A stretch of 64,000 bases of DNA from positions 114,206,001-114,270,000 of the forward strand of contig NC_087437.1 in the NCBI RefSeq assembly GCF_036321535.1. The letters are read 5' to 3'. The position numbers and the translations under genes were made by a program. Positions within the stretch are counted from its first letter, which is position 1; each line of letters starts with the position of its first letter. This document shows, in pieces, positions 24,651 to 37,942 of this stretch. The notes beneath the pieces were generated by a model that saw nothing but the letters and a program-made list of their open reading frames with translations, ran no database searches and had not been told where the DNA came from. The DNA comes from Camelus dromedarius. Taxonomy: Eukaryota.

Positions 24651-25514
24651 TGAAGAGGGTGGGGGTAGTCTGTAAGTGGTCACCTAGGAGGCTTTTATAG
24701 TCAAGTTTTAGATGTGGTAGCAATAGGGTAAAAGTTACCTGTTAAAGAGCTTTCTTAGGGCCCCTGAATCACAGGAACGAGTTTGCCTTTGTCCAGGACT
24801 GAGCCTGCCTTGGATAAAAAGCCCTCACTGTGACTCGTCTGAAAGAAGGTTAGCTCTCGAGAAAGGAAGCTGGGTTGGCCTCAGCTTTCCACTGGCCTGG
24901 ATCCATCCTCCACGGAGAAAAAGCATAATAAGTAGCTAATGATGACTGGAATTATTATTATTATTATCCGTATGTTATGCTGACCTTTCCTTTTCCTGTG
25001 GCCTAAAATTAGATCATGTGTTGTTTATTCAACTTTTGCTTGGGATGCTGTTTCGGTTTGTACTGATTCCCTACTGCTGTGGCAGCAGAACCAAGCCAAG
25101 CAAGAGACCTGGTGGTTACACGCAGTTCACTTTATGGCTTCACCCTCAGACAGAGATGGGGGCAGCGACATCGGTGTCTGGTTACTGATGACACATGTGT
25201 TTTCTCTTTCTTTCTCATGCCCTGGGCTAACCTGGGAAGCCCACCAAGGGCCTTACCCAAGGGAGTCCCTGGTGTTGAGGCTCCAGACTATAGAGTCTAG
25301 AAGTCGCAGACTTGAAGACCCGCCTACCTGATTCCCACTGGATCTTTGATAAGAACATCAGCCTTTCTCGGGGCAGGAAATTAACACCATAAGAGCAAAG
25401 AAGGGGACTAGATGGGCGTGAGCTTGGACTACGTACAGTTCTGTTGTCGTGCTTTTTTATTTGAGAGGATACATGTCCAACTTTGCCTTTCTACAGCAAA
25501 AATCACCCAGAGGT

Positions 25515-26150
25515 CACAATGGTCAGGGTCCAGTCAAAAGACAGAAATCACTCCAGTTATTTTAACAAGGAAAATGTAATACAAAGACATATTATCTATA
25601 AAAGGTGCTTAACTATTTTTAAAGGCTTAAAAAGGGGCCCTAAAGAAGTAGCATTGCCTGTAGGCGGAGGGAGAACAGAGAGAAGGACCAAGGACGAGGA
25701 GAGAGGTTCCCTCTTGCCACCCCCAAGGCTGAGACTCAGAGCTCATCAGAGGGGGTCTTCATGACTACAGGTACTTGCAACCTGCTGGGGTCAAGAAACT
25801 CTGGAAGGCAAAGGCCAGAGATGGTCTGGAGAAGTAGCCTGGCATCGTAGCGGTATGTGTGGGAGGAGCTTCTGGGAAGTGGTCCCCAGTGGGTGAGCAC
25901 GGCCCGGGGCTCAGCTGGAGCTCAGCTACACAGGCCACTGGGCCACGGGGCTGTTGCACAGAATGGTGACAGTGGATGCCCAACACTCGGGAGCTAAGTG
26001 TCTTCACCTTGCACTGCCATTCTAGAACCTCCCCATGATGGAGTTAACATTCGGCCAATGGGCAAAGCAGACATGTTTACGGGGTCCAGCTCCAGTATCA
26101 CAAATTAGGGCAGAGAAGAGTGAATCTGGAGCTGAGGGACAATACACTGA
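25515..26150 (-). mobile_element. Ancient LTR (ERVL/Gypsy-type, family not assigned)
   Basis: Start gtcagggtccagtcaaaagacagaaatcactccagttatttt and end ccagctccagtatcacaa...gtgaatctggagctgagggacaata are typical of old eutherian LTRs. Confidence 0.55.
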
Positions 26151-26489
26151 AACTTCACGCAGATGAGGATCCCCATTCTAGACCTGCTCTCACTTCCAGG
26201 GCAGGCAGACCCTTCACCTCAGTGAACAGCTCTCCTGGTGTCTCCATCCTTGGAAGGACCACAGACAATGTGCTTCACCACCTCCACTTGCTGGCACTCA
26301 ACAATGTATCCAAGTGGGTCAAGGAAGATCACTAAATTTTCAAAAATTGATGGTTGATAAATATTTTCACAGCATTATAGGTTGAGGAGAGAGGTAAAAA
26401 GGAGGACTTTCATAAACTTCAGTGTGGCCAAAAATGGCTGTGGTTTCACCAAACTCGGTTTTGTTTGCCTCCTGAGCATCCAGCCAGTC

Positions 26490-26800
26490 TCAGTTTCCAG
26501 CCTCCTTTTACAATTAGGTAGAGCCACGTGACTGATTCTGTAGCCAGTGGGATGCAGGCAGAAGTAATCTACCCCCTTCCAGGCCTGGCCCCTAAACCAC
26601 CTCCAGCCCCGACATCCTCTCTCTCCCATGACCTACCAGCTACCTACAGAAGAGAAGTCTGCGGTCTTAGGGAATGGAGAGCTTCTAGCGAAGGAGCCTA
26701 AGGCCCTGAGTTGGCTCTTGGAGGAGAGCTTCCCTAGCGAGTTACCCAGCCAGACACACCCACAGTGGACTGTGACGGAGGAAGGATGAGCCCTTGGTGT
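26490..26800 (+). mobile_element. Old MaLR LTR fragment (MLT1J/K-like)
   Basis: tttccagcctcc...ttaggtagagccacgtgactga..ctgtagccagtggga..gcagaagt..cccttccaggcctggcccctaaac. Confidence 0.7.
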
Positions 26801-26978
26801 ACTGGTTCTCCGAGTGTGCTCACCAGACCAGCAGCATCAGCATCACTGGGAAACTTGTTAAAAATGCAAATTCTTAACCCTGGCCAAGATTTACTCACTT
26901 AGAACCCTGGGAGAAGGTTTCTAGAAACCCTGTATCTTAGTAAGGAGATTTGGACACTCTGAAGTTTGAGAACTTCTG
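26801..26978 (+). mobile_element. hAT-Charlie MITE (MER5A-like)
   Basis: Degenerate TIRs ctggttctcc...aagtttgagaacttctg; internal ccagcagcatcagcatcactgggaaacttgttaaaaatgcaaattct. Confidence 0.85.
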
Positions 26979-28080
26979 CCTCATTGTGGAAAGGGGCTGA
27001 GGTTTGGAGGGTTTTGTTAAGTCACTTAGAAAATTATCCACAGGGAATCTCAACATAAAAACCGTAAACTGAGACCTCAGTAACCAATTAAAATTTGACT
27101 TCTGCCTCCCTAGAGACCTCTTTTGTGGCTCCATTTGTTCCTGGACCAAGCTGGTTAGCTCTTTATAAGGATGAAGACTTACCAACCTCAGGTATCACCT
27201 GTGACGTTTGACCAGGAGTCGGAAAACAGGGGCTGCACTCATCGATTGAGTTATTTTGGACCAGTCACTTAACCTGATCATTCTACTGCCTCTGCAAAAG
27301 AGCAGTTCAACCCTAACCCATTCACTAGTCACCTGGAGGAGAAATCCTCAGAGAAGGAAGCGCCAACAGATTGCATATGGTTAGAGAAATTCCATATAAC
27401 TGTTTTATATCCATCAAGCTTTAGAAAACAGAAAACAAAAAGCAGCTGCTTTTCAACTCCATACACCAGCAGCAAACAGGGGCCTGTGCAGAAACAAACT
27501 GACTAGGTTAAGGCATTTTCAATTTAGAACTCTCCAATGGCTAAGTTTTCTATTTCAACTGCTGGCCAAAATGTAATGCCATCTCTACAAAAATTTGGGT
27601 TGTTTAATTTCCCAAATATAAAGTCAAAATTTTAGGGTTTTTAAAATCACATTTCCCAGGGGGAAAAATATCATCATTTCAGGGAAATGGGAAGCTAGGA
27701 AAGAGCATCTAATATCAAAGCCATGGGTTTAATGAGCCACGTGGGTAAACAAGGGCGGTCAGGAATGCGGTGGCTCAGAGGAGAATCGTACTGTTTGGTT
27801 CCAGCTCCGTGCAAAGCCACAACTTCAGCACTTACTTCAGGAGTAATTACCATCTCGCTGGCCCTCGGGTAGAGGGAGAAAAGAAATAACTATTATTCAT
27901 TTTGTGATTAAATGGCAATTAGCAGCTAAGTGCCCTGCAATAATGTGGCACTCACCACCTCATCACAGCATCAGCAGCTTCCCGGGCCAACCCTACCAGC
28001 CCGCTGGGTATCAGAGCCCAGTGCTGCAGGGCTGGGACCCTGGGGAGGACCCAGGCACCAGCCACCATAGGTCAGAGGGA

Positions 28081-28335
28081 GGCACAAATTAGCGGTTAAG
28101 AATGTAGACGCTGCAGCCAGGCTGCCTGTGTTCCAAACACAGCCCTGCCACTTATCAACCTGCCAACTTGGCCAAGTTACTTAGACCTTTCTCAACGTCA
28201 GCGTCCTCATCTGAAAATTGGAGGAAAGAGTTGTTTCTAACACATAGCATGGTGAGTGTGAGGCTGAAGTGAGTTAGTAGATGCAAAGCATTTAAAAGAA
28301 CTCTGGAGCACAGACTATCCTCAGTCAAAGATAGC
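28081..28335 (+). mobile_element. MIR SINE
   Basis: tagcggttaagaatgtagac...ctgccacttatc...ttggccaagttactt...cctcatctgaaaattg. Confidence 0.85.
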
Positions 28336-28919
28336 CAGTGTTTCCCTATGCTTCTCCTCCAGGGGGCTGGGACAGATTAACTCTTTCCTGCCACGTGTGA
28401 TTTAACGCTAAAAATAATTTTAAATGTATTGTACTGCCAAAACCAAAAATGAACACAAGCACAACGAAAAACCCTCTCTCATGCCAGCCTGCCCCTTTGG
28501 TCACGAATTCCGATTCATTCTAAGCCCATGGGACCACCCTCAGGTGTTCCGAATTAAGAACAAATAGAAGCAATGTCCGGGAAGGCCTGAGCAGAAACTG
28601 TTCATTGCCCAAAATGAGCGAAGCTATGGATTTAGACAAGAAAGCGGGAAGTCCGATGTCTCAAGACAAAAGTGAACGAGGATCGACTAGGGGAAGGCCA
28701 AAGGGACGATGCGGGCGGCCGGCTCTTGATTATCTACATTTACAGCCGTGGGTTGCTTCTCAGGCTGGCGAATCCTCTCGCCATAGATATTGTGAACTTG
28801 GCGCATACGTGATTTCTGAGATTAGTTTTAGAACATAATCAAATGATGAATCTGTTGCAAAACCGCAGAACTTTTGAAAGGCAGCAGGGGTCATTCGTTC
28901 TTGGATACTTTCCCAACCC

Positions 28920-29315
28920 TTGCCCTGCTCTGCTCTGTACAGCTGGGAACTGCATTTCCCATGCCCCTTGCCAATTATCTTTGTCCAACAGGAGACAATG
29001 GTAAGACCAGGGAGCCTTACTCTACCTGTAACAGAGCCTCCAACAGTGCCTGCGTCTCCCACCAGATAGCCCTCCACTGTGGGTGCCCAGCTCCCATTGG
29101 GAAGTCCCCACTCTTGGGGCTCCAGTTGGATGTCACATCCTCGCAAGGTTCTTCCTCAAGCCCAAGAGGTGGCAGTTGCAAATCACTGGTTGCCTAATGG
29201 TTCTCTGGTGGTTTCTTAGCTCCTCCATCACCTATGTAACCAATTACCTTTATTAAATTCCCTCTGTTTGAAACACCTGGACTGGATTTGATTTCCTGAA
29301 GGAACCCTGAGTGAT
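28920..29315 (+). mobile_element. Ancient LTR fragment
   Basis: LTR-type 3' end: attaaattccctctgtttgaaacacctgg..tttcctgaaggaaccctgagtgata. Confidence 0.5.
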
Positions 29316-30301
29316 AAGCCATTGCTTCATCTATGTTACTTTCCTCCTTCAATATTCCAGTGGGAAAAGCTCTGGACCAGGAATCAGGAGCTCTGAGTTC
29401 TGCTCCCAGCTGTGTCACTCACTGACTGTCATCGAGGAAATTCCTCTTTCTCTGTGCCTCAGTTTCCTAAAATATAAGATGATTGGGCTGCGGGAATCTC
29501 TAAGATCACTTTCAGCTATAACTTCCTGGGACTGGACATTCTGACCAGTGTCACCCAGAACTTCAGAACGTGGTGACCAGTGGCGTCTACTTGCTTCCTG
29601 GGTTGGTTCAAACACATGCACTGTGTGCTTTTTTACATTTTACATGAGCCATTTTACATGAGCAGCTGAGTTAGAACAAGGTGGCCCCATCTGTTCTGTC
29701 AGTGAGGGAAGGAACTGGGGAGCGCCTGCACGTGTGGAGGGGCAGCCGCTCATGTATGTACATACTCATGGTTCCCTAAGAAATGTTTGTCAGGGCATAA
29801 TTCTCTACTCATGGTTCCCACTCTTATTTTTTTAGATTTAAAATTATAAAGAACGAAGCACATTAACATTGCGAGGTGAGGATTGGTAAGGATGACACCA
29901 TCCAAATTAACATCCCAGTCAAATTAATATAAAGATACTAGACAAGAAACATGAATACATGATACATTTGGGGCCCCAGCAAATGGATTTTTATTTTTTT
30001 CCTCTCTTCTCCAAACTAGCAGTTCTCAATTGTTTTTCCTCACATGACAACGTGACCAATTATGGGCTGCATATGAGTACAGCCCTGCAAAACTTCCAGT
30101 TCACTGTCCTCCCACCCCTTCTGCTTTTTCTCATCATTATGCAAACATTTTTATTGTGTACCGATGCCTACGATACTGACAGGGTTAGCTTTTAATTGGT
30201 TTTAGGCCAGAGTTGCAATTAGTACACATTTAAGTCAGTTATCAATTCATATTATTTACTGATAGAACATTTAAACAGAAGCTTATAGGCATACATGTGT
30301 G

Positions 30302-30303
<2 letters not shown>

Positions 30304-30347
<44 letters not shown>
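30304..30347. repeat. (CA)n microsatellite
   Basis: Read directly from the sequence. Confidence 0.97.
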
Positions 30348-30519
30348 ACTCAACCTTGGAGATATTTCTACAGTGAAAACTCTCATTAATGTTTTTCTTC
30401 TCAGGCAACATAGTCCTAAACTTCACCCAAATTAATCCACTTTATTTTAACTCTTCAGTACTTCATAAAAAGACAGATAGTTCCTTTTCATCAGAAAGCA
30501 ATACTGAAATATTCATCCA

Positions 30520-30813
30520 CAGCTGCGATGTCCAATATGGCAGCCATTAAACACATGTGGCTGTTGAGCACTTGACATGTGGCTGGTTTGAATCAATTTG
30601 TGGCATAAATGTAAAAACACACCAGATATTTGAAGCCCCAATATGAGAAAAATAAGCATAAAATATCTCAATATTTATAGATTGATTGCTTGTTGAAATT
30701 ATATTTTGGATTCATTGTGGTCAATAAAATATACCATTAAAATTAATTTCATGTGTCTTTTTCACTAGAATATTTTAAAATATATCACATCCCATTTCTA
30801 CTGGGCAGCACTG
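30520..30813 (+). mobile_element. hAT-Charlie MITE (MER33-like)
   Basis: gcgatgtccaatatggcagccattaaacacatgtggctgttgagcacttga...atttctactgggcagcactg. Confidence 0.85.
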
Positions 30814-32197
30814 ACTCTAGAAATTAAAGGAAATGAAAAGACATTTCTACCATGTTTTCTTTTCTTGCAGAAGAACCTTGACAAGAAGCAGCAATATTGA
30901 CCACAATTGACGGGGGTGGGGGTAGGGAATGGCCAAATTTACAGGAAAGATGGATGTGTTGGAGTTTCAAGCTGCTGACACCCAAATCAAACTTCAGTCT
31001 ATACAGAAAACAGCCAAGACCCAATTAATGGTGCTGTACTCGGAAACAGCATCATTGTGTTAACAGCCTGCACTTTCTTCAAAAGTCTAAGAGAGAAGGG
31101 CTTAAGGCACTTTTTCTTATTGACTTAAAACTGAAGAAACTAAGGCCTTCAGAGTTAAAGTTTCAGAGGCTTGACCTCACATATTGCTCCTGATTTCATT
31201 ATCATTTGAAAGCACACGTCAAAAAATAAATCTTACAAATATACAAAGGACTTTAAAGCATTGGGATAATCAGAGGAAAAGATCAAACACATATTCCACC
31301 TTCCCTCTGAATAGTTTTATTCATCATCTCGATTCTTGGGCGTAGCATGGAGCCTGGTACACAGTGGGTGCCTAATGATGTTTGCTGAACTGCACCCAAG
31401 GAACAACTTAAGCATGGCAATATACTGGAAGTTGGATCCACTGCTGTTGAAAACAAGGAAACAAAGATGCAGCTCCAGAAACTCCAAAACACAACTGCAG
31501 AAATTTTCAAGAACGTGCCACAGCCATTAAATGGGTGAGAAACTAAATCAGTTGTTGCTGTAATAGTTGACAAGGATCTCGGCTTTTCTACTAGGCCGTA
31601 TAATACCACCTCTGTCGTTCTTTAATAGGAAAATGAAGCCAGGTCCCTCGGCCACCTCAGTCTGTACTGGAATGCATTATTTTTGTCCAAGCATTTTATA
31701 CTCACCAAAAAAAGAATCTATTTAAACTTGGCATTCTTTTTCCCTTGAATGGATCGTGGGCACTAGGGTGGCCCTCAGGGGCTTTGGGGTGGATAAGACC
31801 AATAACAGGAATTGCTAATGTGGTTTCTATTGAATGTGATGGATTCATTAAGTAAAATCATTTGATACATCAAGATTACTACATTTTTACTCCATTCATC
31901 TTTGTCTTTTGGATTCCAGAGCGACACTGCTGACAGGACCACTAGGAGCTAAATGAGCAGCCTTGCTTGAAGAAGCTGGTTTAAGGAACAAGCGCTATCG
32001 TTCCTTGATTCTCCTGAGCCCCAGTGTTTGCCTTGAAGTCACACTGAAACTACACCACACAGAAGAGCCCTCATTCTCCCCGGTGAGTTACAGCAATGGG
32101 CCCTGAGCCTGGGGCATTTCTTCTTCCTTTCTCCTAGTAGTTAACTGGATACCACCAGCCTGGTCTTTAAAAATCCCAGGGGCTCTTATTTGTCAGG

Positions 32198-32663
32198 TGT
32201 ATGAGCTGAATAGCGGCCCCCCAAGAGATATGCCTAAGTCCTAAGCCCCCGGAACCTGTGAACGTGATCTTATTTGAGAAAAGGGTCTTGGCTGTAATCA
32301 CGTAATGAGGATCTCAAGACAAGATCATCCTGGATTTAGGGTAATCCTGCCTAAATCCAATGGCAGATGCCTATATTATAAGGGAAAGGCACAAAGAGTT
32401 GACACCCACACACACAGGGAAGAAGGCAGAGATTTGAAGGATGCAGCTACAAGCCAAGGAATGCCAAGGGTTGCCAGGAGCCACCAGGAGCTAGGAGAGG
32501 GTCATGGAATAGAGTCTCCCTCAGAGCTTCCGGAAGGATCCAACCCTGTTGACACCTTGATGTTGAACTTCTATCCTTCAAAACCATCAGAGAATAAATT
32601 TCTGTTGTTTTAAACTTCTCAGTTTGTGACACTTTGTTTGTAGCAGCCCTAGGAAATAAATAC
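32198..32663 (+). mobile_element. MaLR solo LTR (MLT1C/D-like)
   Basis: tg..gctgaat..cccccc...ggaacctgtgaacgtga...gctacaagccaaggaatgcc...agaataaatttctgttgttttaa...gcagccctaggaaa. Confidence 0.88.
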
Positions 32664-33320
32664 GTCAGGTGACAAAGCTCAGCAGAACCTGGGACCAAAC
32701 GAATCTGGGTTTGCACAGAGAAGCTGGGAGCAAGCTTACCTTTGCCAGGTCCATAAAGAGCATAAGTCCTGCTCAGTAATTTGCACTCTCTATGAAACTA
32801 AAGCTTTTTAAAGCCCCTCAAAGTCACCACTGTATCCAAAATACACGGTTCAGATTTCAGATTTATTCATGACATCACTCTCCCCGTCTGCACCCACGTA
32901 CCTCTCAGGACTTCACCTCCTCCTGCAGAGGCATCCACCCCTGGGCTCCCTGTGAGCCTCTGGAGAGCAAGGCCTGTGCCCTCCAGTTCCTTATGGCCCC
33001 GGCATCCAGGGCCATGCTCAGTACATAGAGGGGCTTAATAAATGTCTACCCAGTGGACAAAAGGAATCAGTCTGTGATGAAAAGTGTCCTCCTACAAATC
33101 CTGGAGAGGGTGTGGTGTCAGCATGATTGACCTGGGCATCCTACTCTTTATTATACCAATATTCCTGTTTAATTGTAATCTCTGCTTGTCTGTCCACTTT
33201 TTTAGAAGCGCCAGAGGGCAGAAGTTTTTTCCCTTGAAATCTCCAGTATCCACCATGTAGAAGGCATTCAGGCAATAATCCCCAAGGAACAATTTGGTCT
33301 GCAAGTGTTCTCCACCAAAC

Positions 33321-33465
33321 CAGGGGTCAGCTAACTCTGGCCTGCGGTCCAAACCCAGCCCGTGGCCAGTTCCTGTATAGTGAGCTGAATGGACTGGAAT
33401 AAGAGACAGAAACTGTGGTTGACCACACTTACTATCTGGTCTTTTACAGAGAAAGTTTACCTAAA
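33321..33465 (+). mobile_element. hAT-Charlie MITE (MER58A-like), internally deleted
   Basis: caggggtcagctaact..ggcctgcggtccaaacccagcc ... tactatctggtcttttacagagaaagttt. Confidence 0.8.
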
Positions 33466-33744
33466 CATGCAAGCACCATCTGGCTTGTAATTTCACTGTG
33501 GCTTCAATTTCTTATCTGATGATCTTGCTTCGGCTTACCCAGAAATTCTCCCAAGGGCTCAGGAGCCGTTTGGACCTCAGATCAGGCCTGGACAGCCCTG
33601 ATGGAACAAACACACACTCCAAAAGGAGGCAGTGCCTTGTTTTTAAAGTATCTGCTAGTACCGCAGATTTTAAATATTTCCCCAAAAGCCATTATAAATT
33701 GAGTCTATAATTTAAAAATATTATTACTTCAGAGGAAGAAAGCA

Positions 33745-34090
33745 CTTTATGGCTCCTCCTAGGTGTATCCGAATTGTGAGCATCGCTCCTTTTGTGCTTT
33801 GGGGCCATTATTAAGTAAAATAAGGGTCATCAAAACACAACGCCGCTATCAGTGAGGTAACCAAGACAGCTGCTAAGGAGGAAGGGGCCGGATACACTGG
33901 ACAGAGGGATGGTTCCCGTCCCAGGCGGGCTGGCGCAGCCAGCATGAGCTCGCATCACACTCCTCAGAACAACTTCAAACGCATGGGTTGTTTATTTATA
34001 GAATTTTCCATTTAATTTTTTCGGACCATGGTTAACGGCAGGTAACTGAAACTCCAGAAAGCCAAACCGTGGAGGGCGGCGGGAGTGTCT
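33745..34090 (+). mobile_element. Tigger7-derived MITE (MER44-like)
   Basis: gctttggggccattattaagtaaaataaggg...ggatacactggacagagggatg...ttttccatttaat..tcggacc..ggtaactgaaac matches my recall of MER44. Confidence 0.88.
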
Positions 34091-35989
34091 TCTGCATAGG
34101 AAGCAGGTGTGCCGCAGGAGGAAGGGGGTCTGCACAGCACTGCCCTGACGCACTGGAAACCCGCCCATGGCGTGGTGTGCGCGTCTTCACGCAGAGTGTA
34201 ATCAAATACCCCCAGCTGGTCTAAACTGTGCTCCAGGCTCGGGGGGTTTCATTCCTCTCCACTGGGGATAATCTGGTTCCCAGGAGTCCTTTCAATGTGC
34301 CTGCCTTTCTGTTTTTATTACTTCCTCGTTGCCCCTTTTTATAAGTAAAACTTTTCTCTGATAATGATTGCATCTCCGTAAAAGCTTCTTCTGAGTTCTT
34401 ATTTTCAAAGAAGCTGGATCCATCTTAATATTCTCCTGCCATAATTGCCTCAGGCCAATTTCTTCTAAAGGAATTAAAAATGCAAATCTAATATTCTAAT
34501 TGCATAATAGGATCATCTTGGCAGCTCAATCAATACTATCTCCCACTGTCAATACTATGGCCGGGCTGTGTGGATGTCAAAGCCCACTGGTCTCACTTTA
34601 TCACTGGCCCCATGGCCCATCCACATCTATAGGATGTGACATTTTATTGCTGGCCTTCCATCAATCAGCTCTAATTTGTGCGTCACAGAGATGCACGTTG
34701 TCATCTCAGCATCCACGTTGCCCTGGGCATCAGACAGCACAGAGTTGAAGCCTTCATGTTTCCCAGAACTAAGTTAAGTGACAAGAAAGAGGCTGGATGA
34801 CAACCACACGCAGGATTTTTTTTTTCCAGGTCACTGTCCAATGGAATTAGAAGCAAAGAATCTATGACAAGTCACCCCAAAGATCCCAAACCTCTCAGTG
34901 CAGCTACAGATCATTACAGATGACACAGACCTGGAGTCAGGAGACCTTGGCTGTGAGATCCAGCTCAGCCATTCCCCAGGGGTCACCTTGAGCAAGTCAC
35001 CTGGCCTGTAGGTGCCTCTGTTTCACCTTCTATAAAGTAAGTGTTAACCTAGGTTGAATGCCAAGGTCCCTTCCAACCTAACACTTATTTTACTTACAGA
35101 GGAGTAAAGATCATAGTCTGAGTAGCAACGCTGAAGAATATTGTCAGTTTGATTGAGATAAAAGGTAGCCTTACTACTTCTGGGCTATGTGCCAAAAATT
35201 AACAGTAGAAACATTGTAATTAACACTTATCACGCAAATTCTATTTCCATTAAGAAGTGTTTTTTCAATAGATCTCCTTCACCCTCTCTCTCCAGCTGAA
35301 TTGTTTTTCAGGTTTCAAATATCATACTATTTGATCCGAAACACAAGCATTCAATTTACTCACCATGAGTGGCAACAATCATAAATTTCCTTAAAGAGAA
35401 TGAAGCAATTGGAGTATAGCAAAGCTTTAGGTTCCCATTCAATCCAATTTTAGAATAAGCTGGTTTTGAATAGACAACTAGGCTAAAGATGTTAAGATTC
35501 TTTCAAGAACATCTTTCTAAAATTGTAACAGCACACAGTAATACTCAAAATTTATTTGGCTTTGGAGAAAAGTACTCCACTGTATCAGTGGGTATCTTAC
35601 ACGTAAGCATAGTAACATCTCTTATTTGTGTGGTTCTTTGCAGTTCATTCAATTAACAATTACCGATTATATGCTGGGCACTGTGTAAGGAGCTTTCATA
35701 CGCATTTCTTTCTTTGGTTCTCAAAGTGACCTCAGGGGTTAGACTGGAGTGGCATTATGGTTTCCAGAGGAAGAAACTGAGGCTGGAAGACAGAGAGAGA
35801 CACCCCAGGAGACATGAAAGTGACAGAAGGCTCAAGGATCATTCGAGAAAACAGGAAGAAAAGGCAAGATCCTGAAGAGTTGAGGCAGCAAAGGGTTCGG
35901 TTTTCAGAAGGGGTGGGGAAAGAGGTCGGAGACAGAGAGGGAGAGGAAGAGGCAGTCTGTGAAACAGACCAGTGGGCTTAATATTGATC

Positions 35990-36900
35990 CCTGGCAGAAC
36001 ACGAGAACCAATCATTACGGGTTGATCTGTGAGCTCGGGGACTGGAAAACAGCGACTGCCAAGAGGCTGCCGGCTCCCAGACAAGTCACCCCAATCTAAT
36101 CTCGTTTCCTCTCCTGATAGGGTTATTAGGCTGGTTGATCAGCGGATCTGGATTTCAGCAAGGCACTTGACAGAGTTGCTCAGGATATCCTTGTGGACAA
36201 GAAGGAGAAATGGGGGTGGGACTAGAGGATAGTTAAGTGAATTTGTAACTGGTTGAACAAGCGTGTCCAAAGCGTTGATTAATAGAGTGATGTCAGCCTA
36301 GAAGGAGGAAGCCGTGTGCCCTGGGGCTCTGTGTCTGGCTCTGTTCTGTTCAGGCAGCTTATCAGTGTCTTGAATGGTGTTGCAGGAGGCTCGCTTGTTA
36401 GAATGTTGAAGGACATAAATACGGGCTCACTAACAGACTAAACAAGATGTTCTCATCCTGCTAGTCTGATGGTCCCAACACCATAAAGAAGAAATGTAAT
36501 AGGAATAAATGTAGAGTTCTTTAATGGATTCCAAAATCAATAGCACTATAAAGAATCTCAGCTTAGGTGCAGTTCAAGGAGTGAGAACTTGGTCCCAGTG
36601 TGCTTCCAGATTCTGTTGGAGCCAATAGCAAAATCATGGGCAACATAAGCGGAACTCCAGGACCCCCTCTAAAAGTGGCTATGATTCTGCTCCGCAATGG
36701 GCTTGTAGAGACCCAGGTTCAGGTCAGGCACTGCATTTTAAGGCAGGTAAGAGAGGAAGAGGGGAACAATACAAATGAAAGATGTGGCTACCATACTAGG
36801 TGAAGAGTGGTTGATGAAGTTGGTGATATTTACCTAAGGAGAGGGAAGATGGCATTCTTCTAATGTCTGGAGCACTGACATAGGAAGAATGAAAAAACAC
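35990..36900 (+). mobile_element. L3/CR1 LINE reverse-transcriptase fossil
   Basis: ctggatttcagcaaggcacttgacaga (LDFSKA.D), gatatccttgtggacaag (DILVDK), aactggttgaac (NWLN) and gtgccctggggctctgtg (VP.GSV) occur in CR1 RT order. Confidence 0.85.
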
Positions 36901-37384
36901 AATCTTCACCACTCCATAAAGATGAAGGAAAGTACAGAAGATCAGAGACTTTCAGGGCAACCGTAACACTGATGTTGCCTCATGAAGGACTGAGTTCTCA
37001 GTACAGAGTTCCCAGGACTGAGTTTATAGGCTGGGCCTTTGGGGGAGCTATTCCTTTCTGGAGTGAGAATTGCCCTGTGTGATTCTACAAGGCAAAATGT
37101 TTGATGTCTGTAAATGTGTTGACAGTAGAAATGCCAAAAATATAGCCTGTTGATTCAACCCAGCACATAAGCAACACGTAAGCCAAGTATTACTTCAGGG
37201 TACTTTGCATACAAAGAGAAGGTGTGATCGAAAACTAAAAATGACCATGACATATTGCTTTCCCTGGAGGAGCTTAAAATCTAAAGACATGTAAGTAAGT
37301 ATGTAATTGGCTTTAAATAAAAGGCAAAATGAAATAAATGATAATAAAGGCTCAAAAAAAAAAAAAAAAAACAAAGAGCTGTAG

Positions 37385-37942
37385 GCACTATTTACAATAG
37401 CCAAGACATGGAAGCAACCTAAGTGTTCATCAACAAATGATTGGATAAAGAAGTTGTGGTATATGTATACAATGGAATATTACTCAGCCATAAAAAAGAA
37501 TGAAATAATTGCTGTTTTCAGCAACATGGATTAACCTGGAGATCATCATAGTAAGTGAAGTAAGTCAGACAGAAAAAGACAGATATCATATGATATCACT
37601 TACATGTGGAATCTAAAAAATAAATAATACAAATGAACTTATTCATAAAACAGAAGCAGACTCACAGGCATGGAAACCAAACTAATGGTTACCAAAGGGG
37701 AAAGGGGTGGGGAGGGATAAATTAGGAGTTTGGGATTTGCAGATACATACCACTATTAATAAAACAGATAAACAAGATCCTACTGTATAGCACTGGGACC
37801 TATATTCAATAGCTTGTAATAATCTATAATGAAAAAAATTGTGTATATACACACACACGCACACACACAACTGAATCACAATGCTGTACACCAGAAACTA
37901 ACACAACCTTGTAAATCAACTATACTTCAATTTAAAAAAGAA
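37385..37942 (+). mobile_element. 5'-truncated L1 3' end with TSD
   Basis: gcactatttacaatagccaagacatggaagcaacctaagtgt...tatacttcaatttaaaaaag; aaagagctg on both sides (37373 and 37943). Confidence 0.94.
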
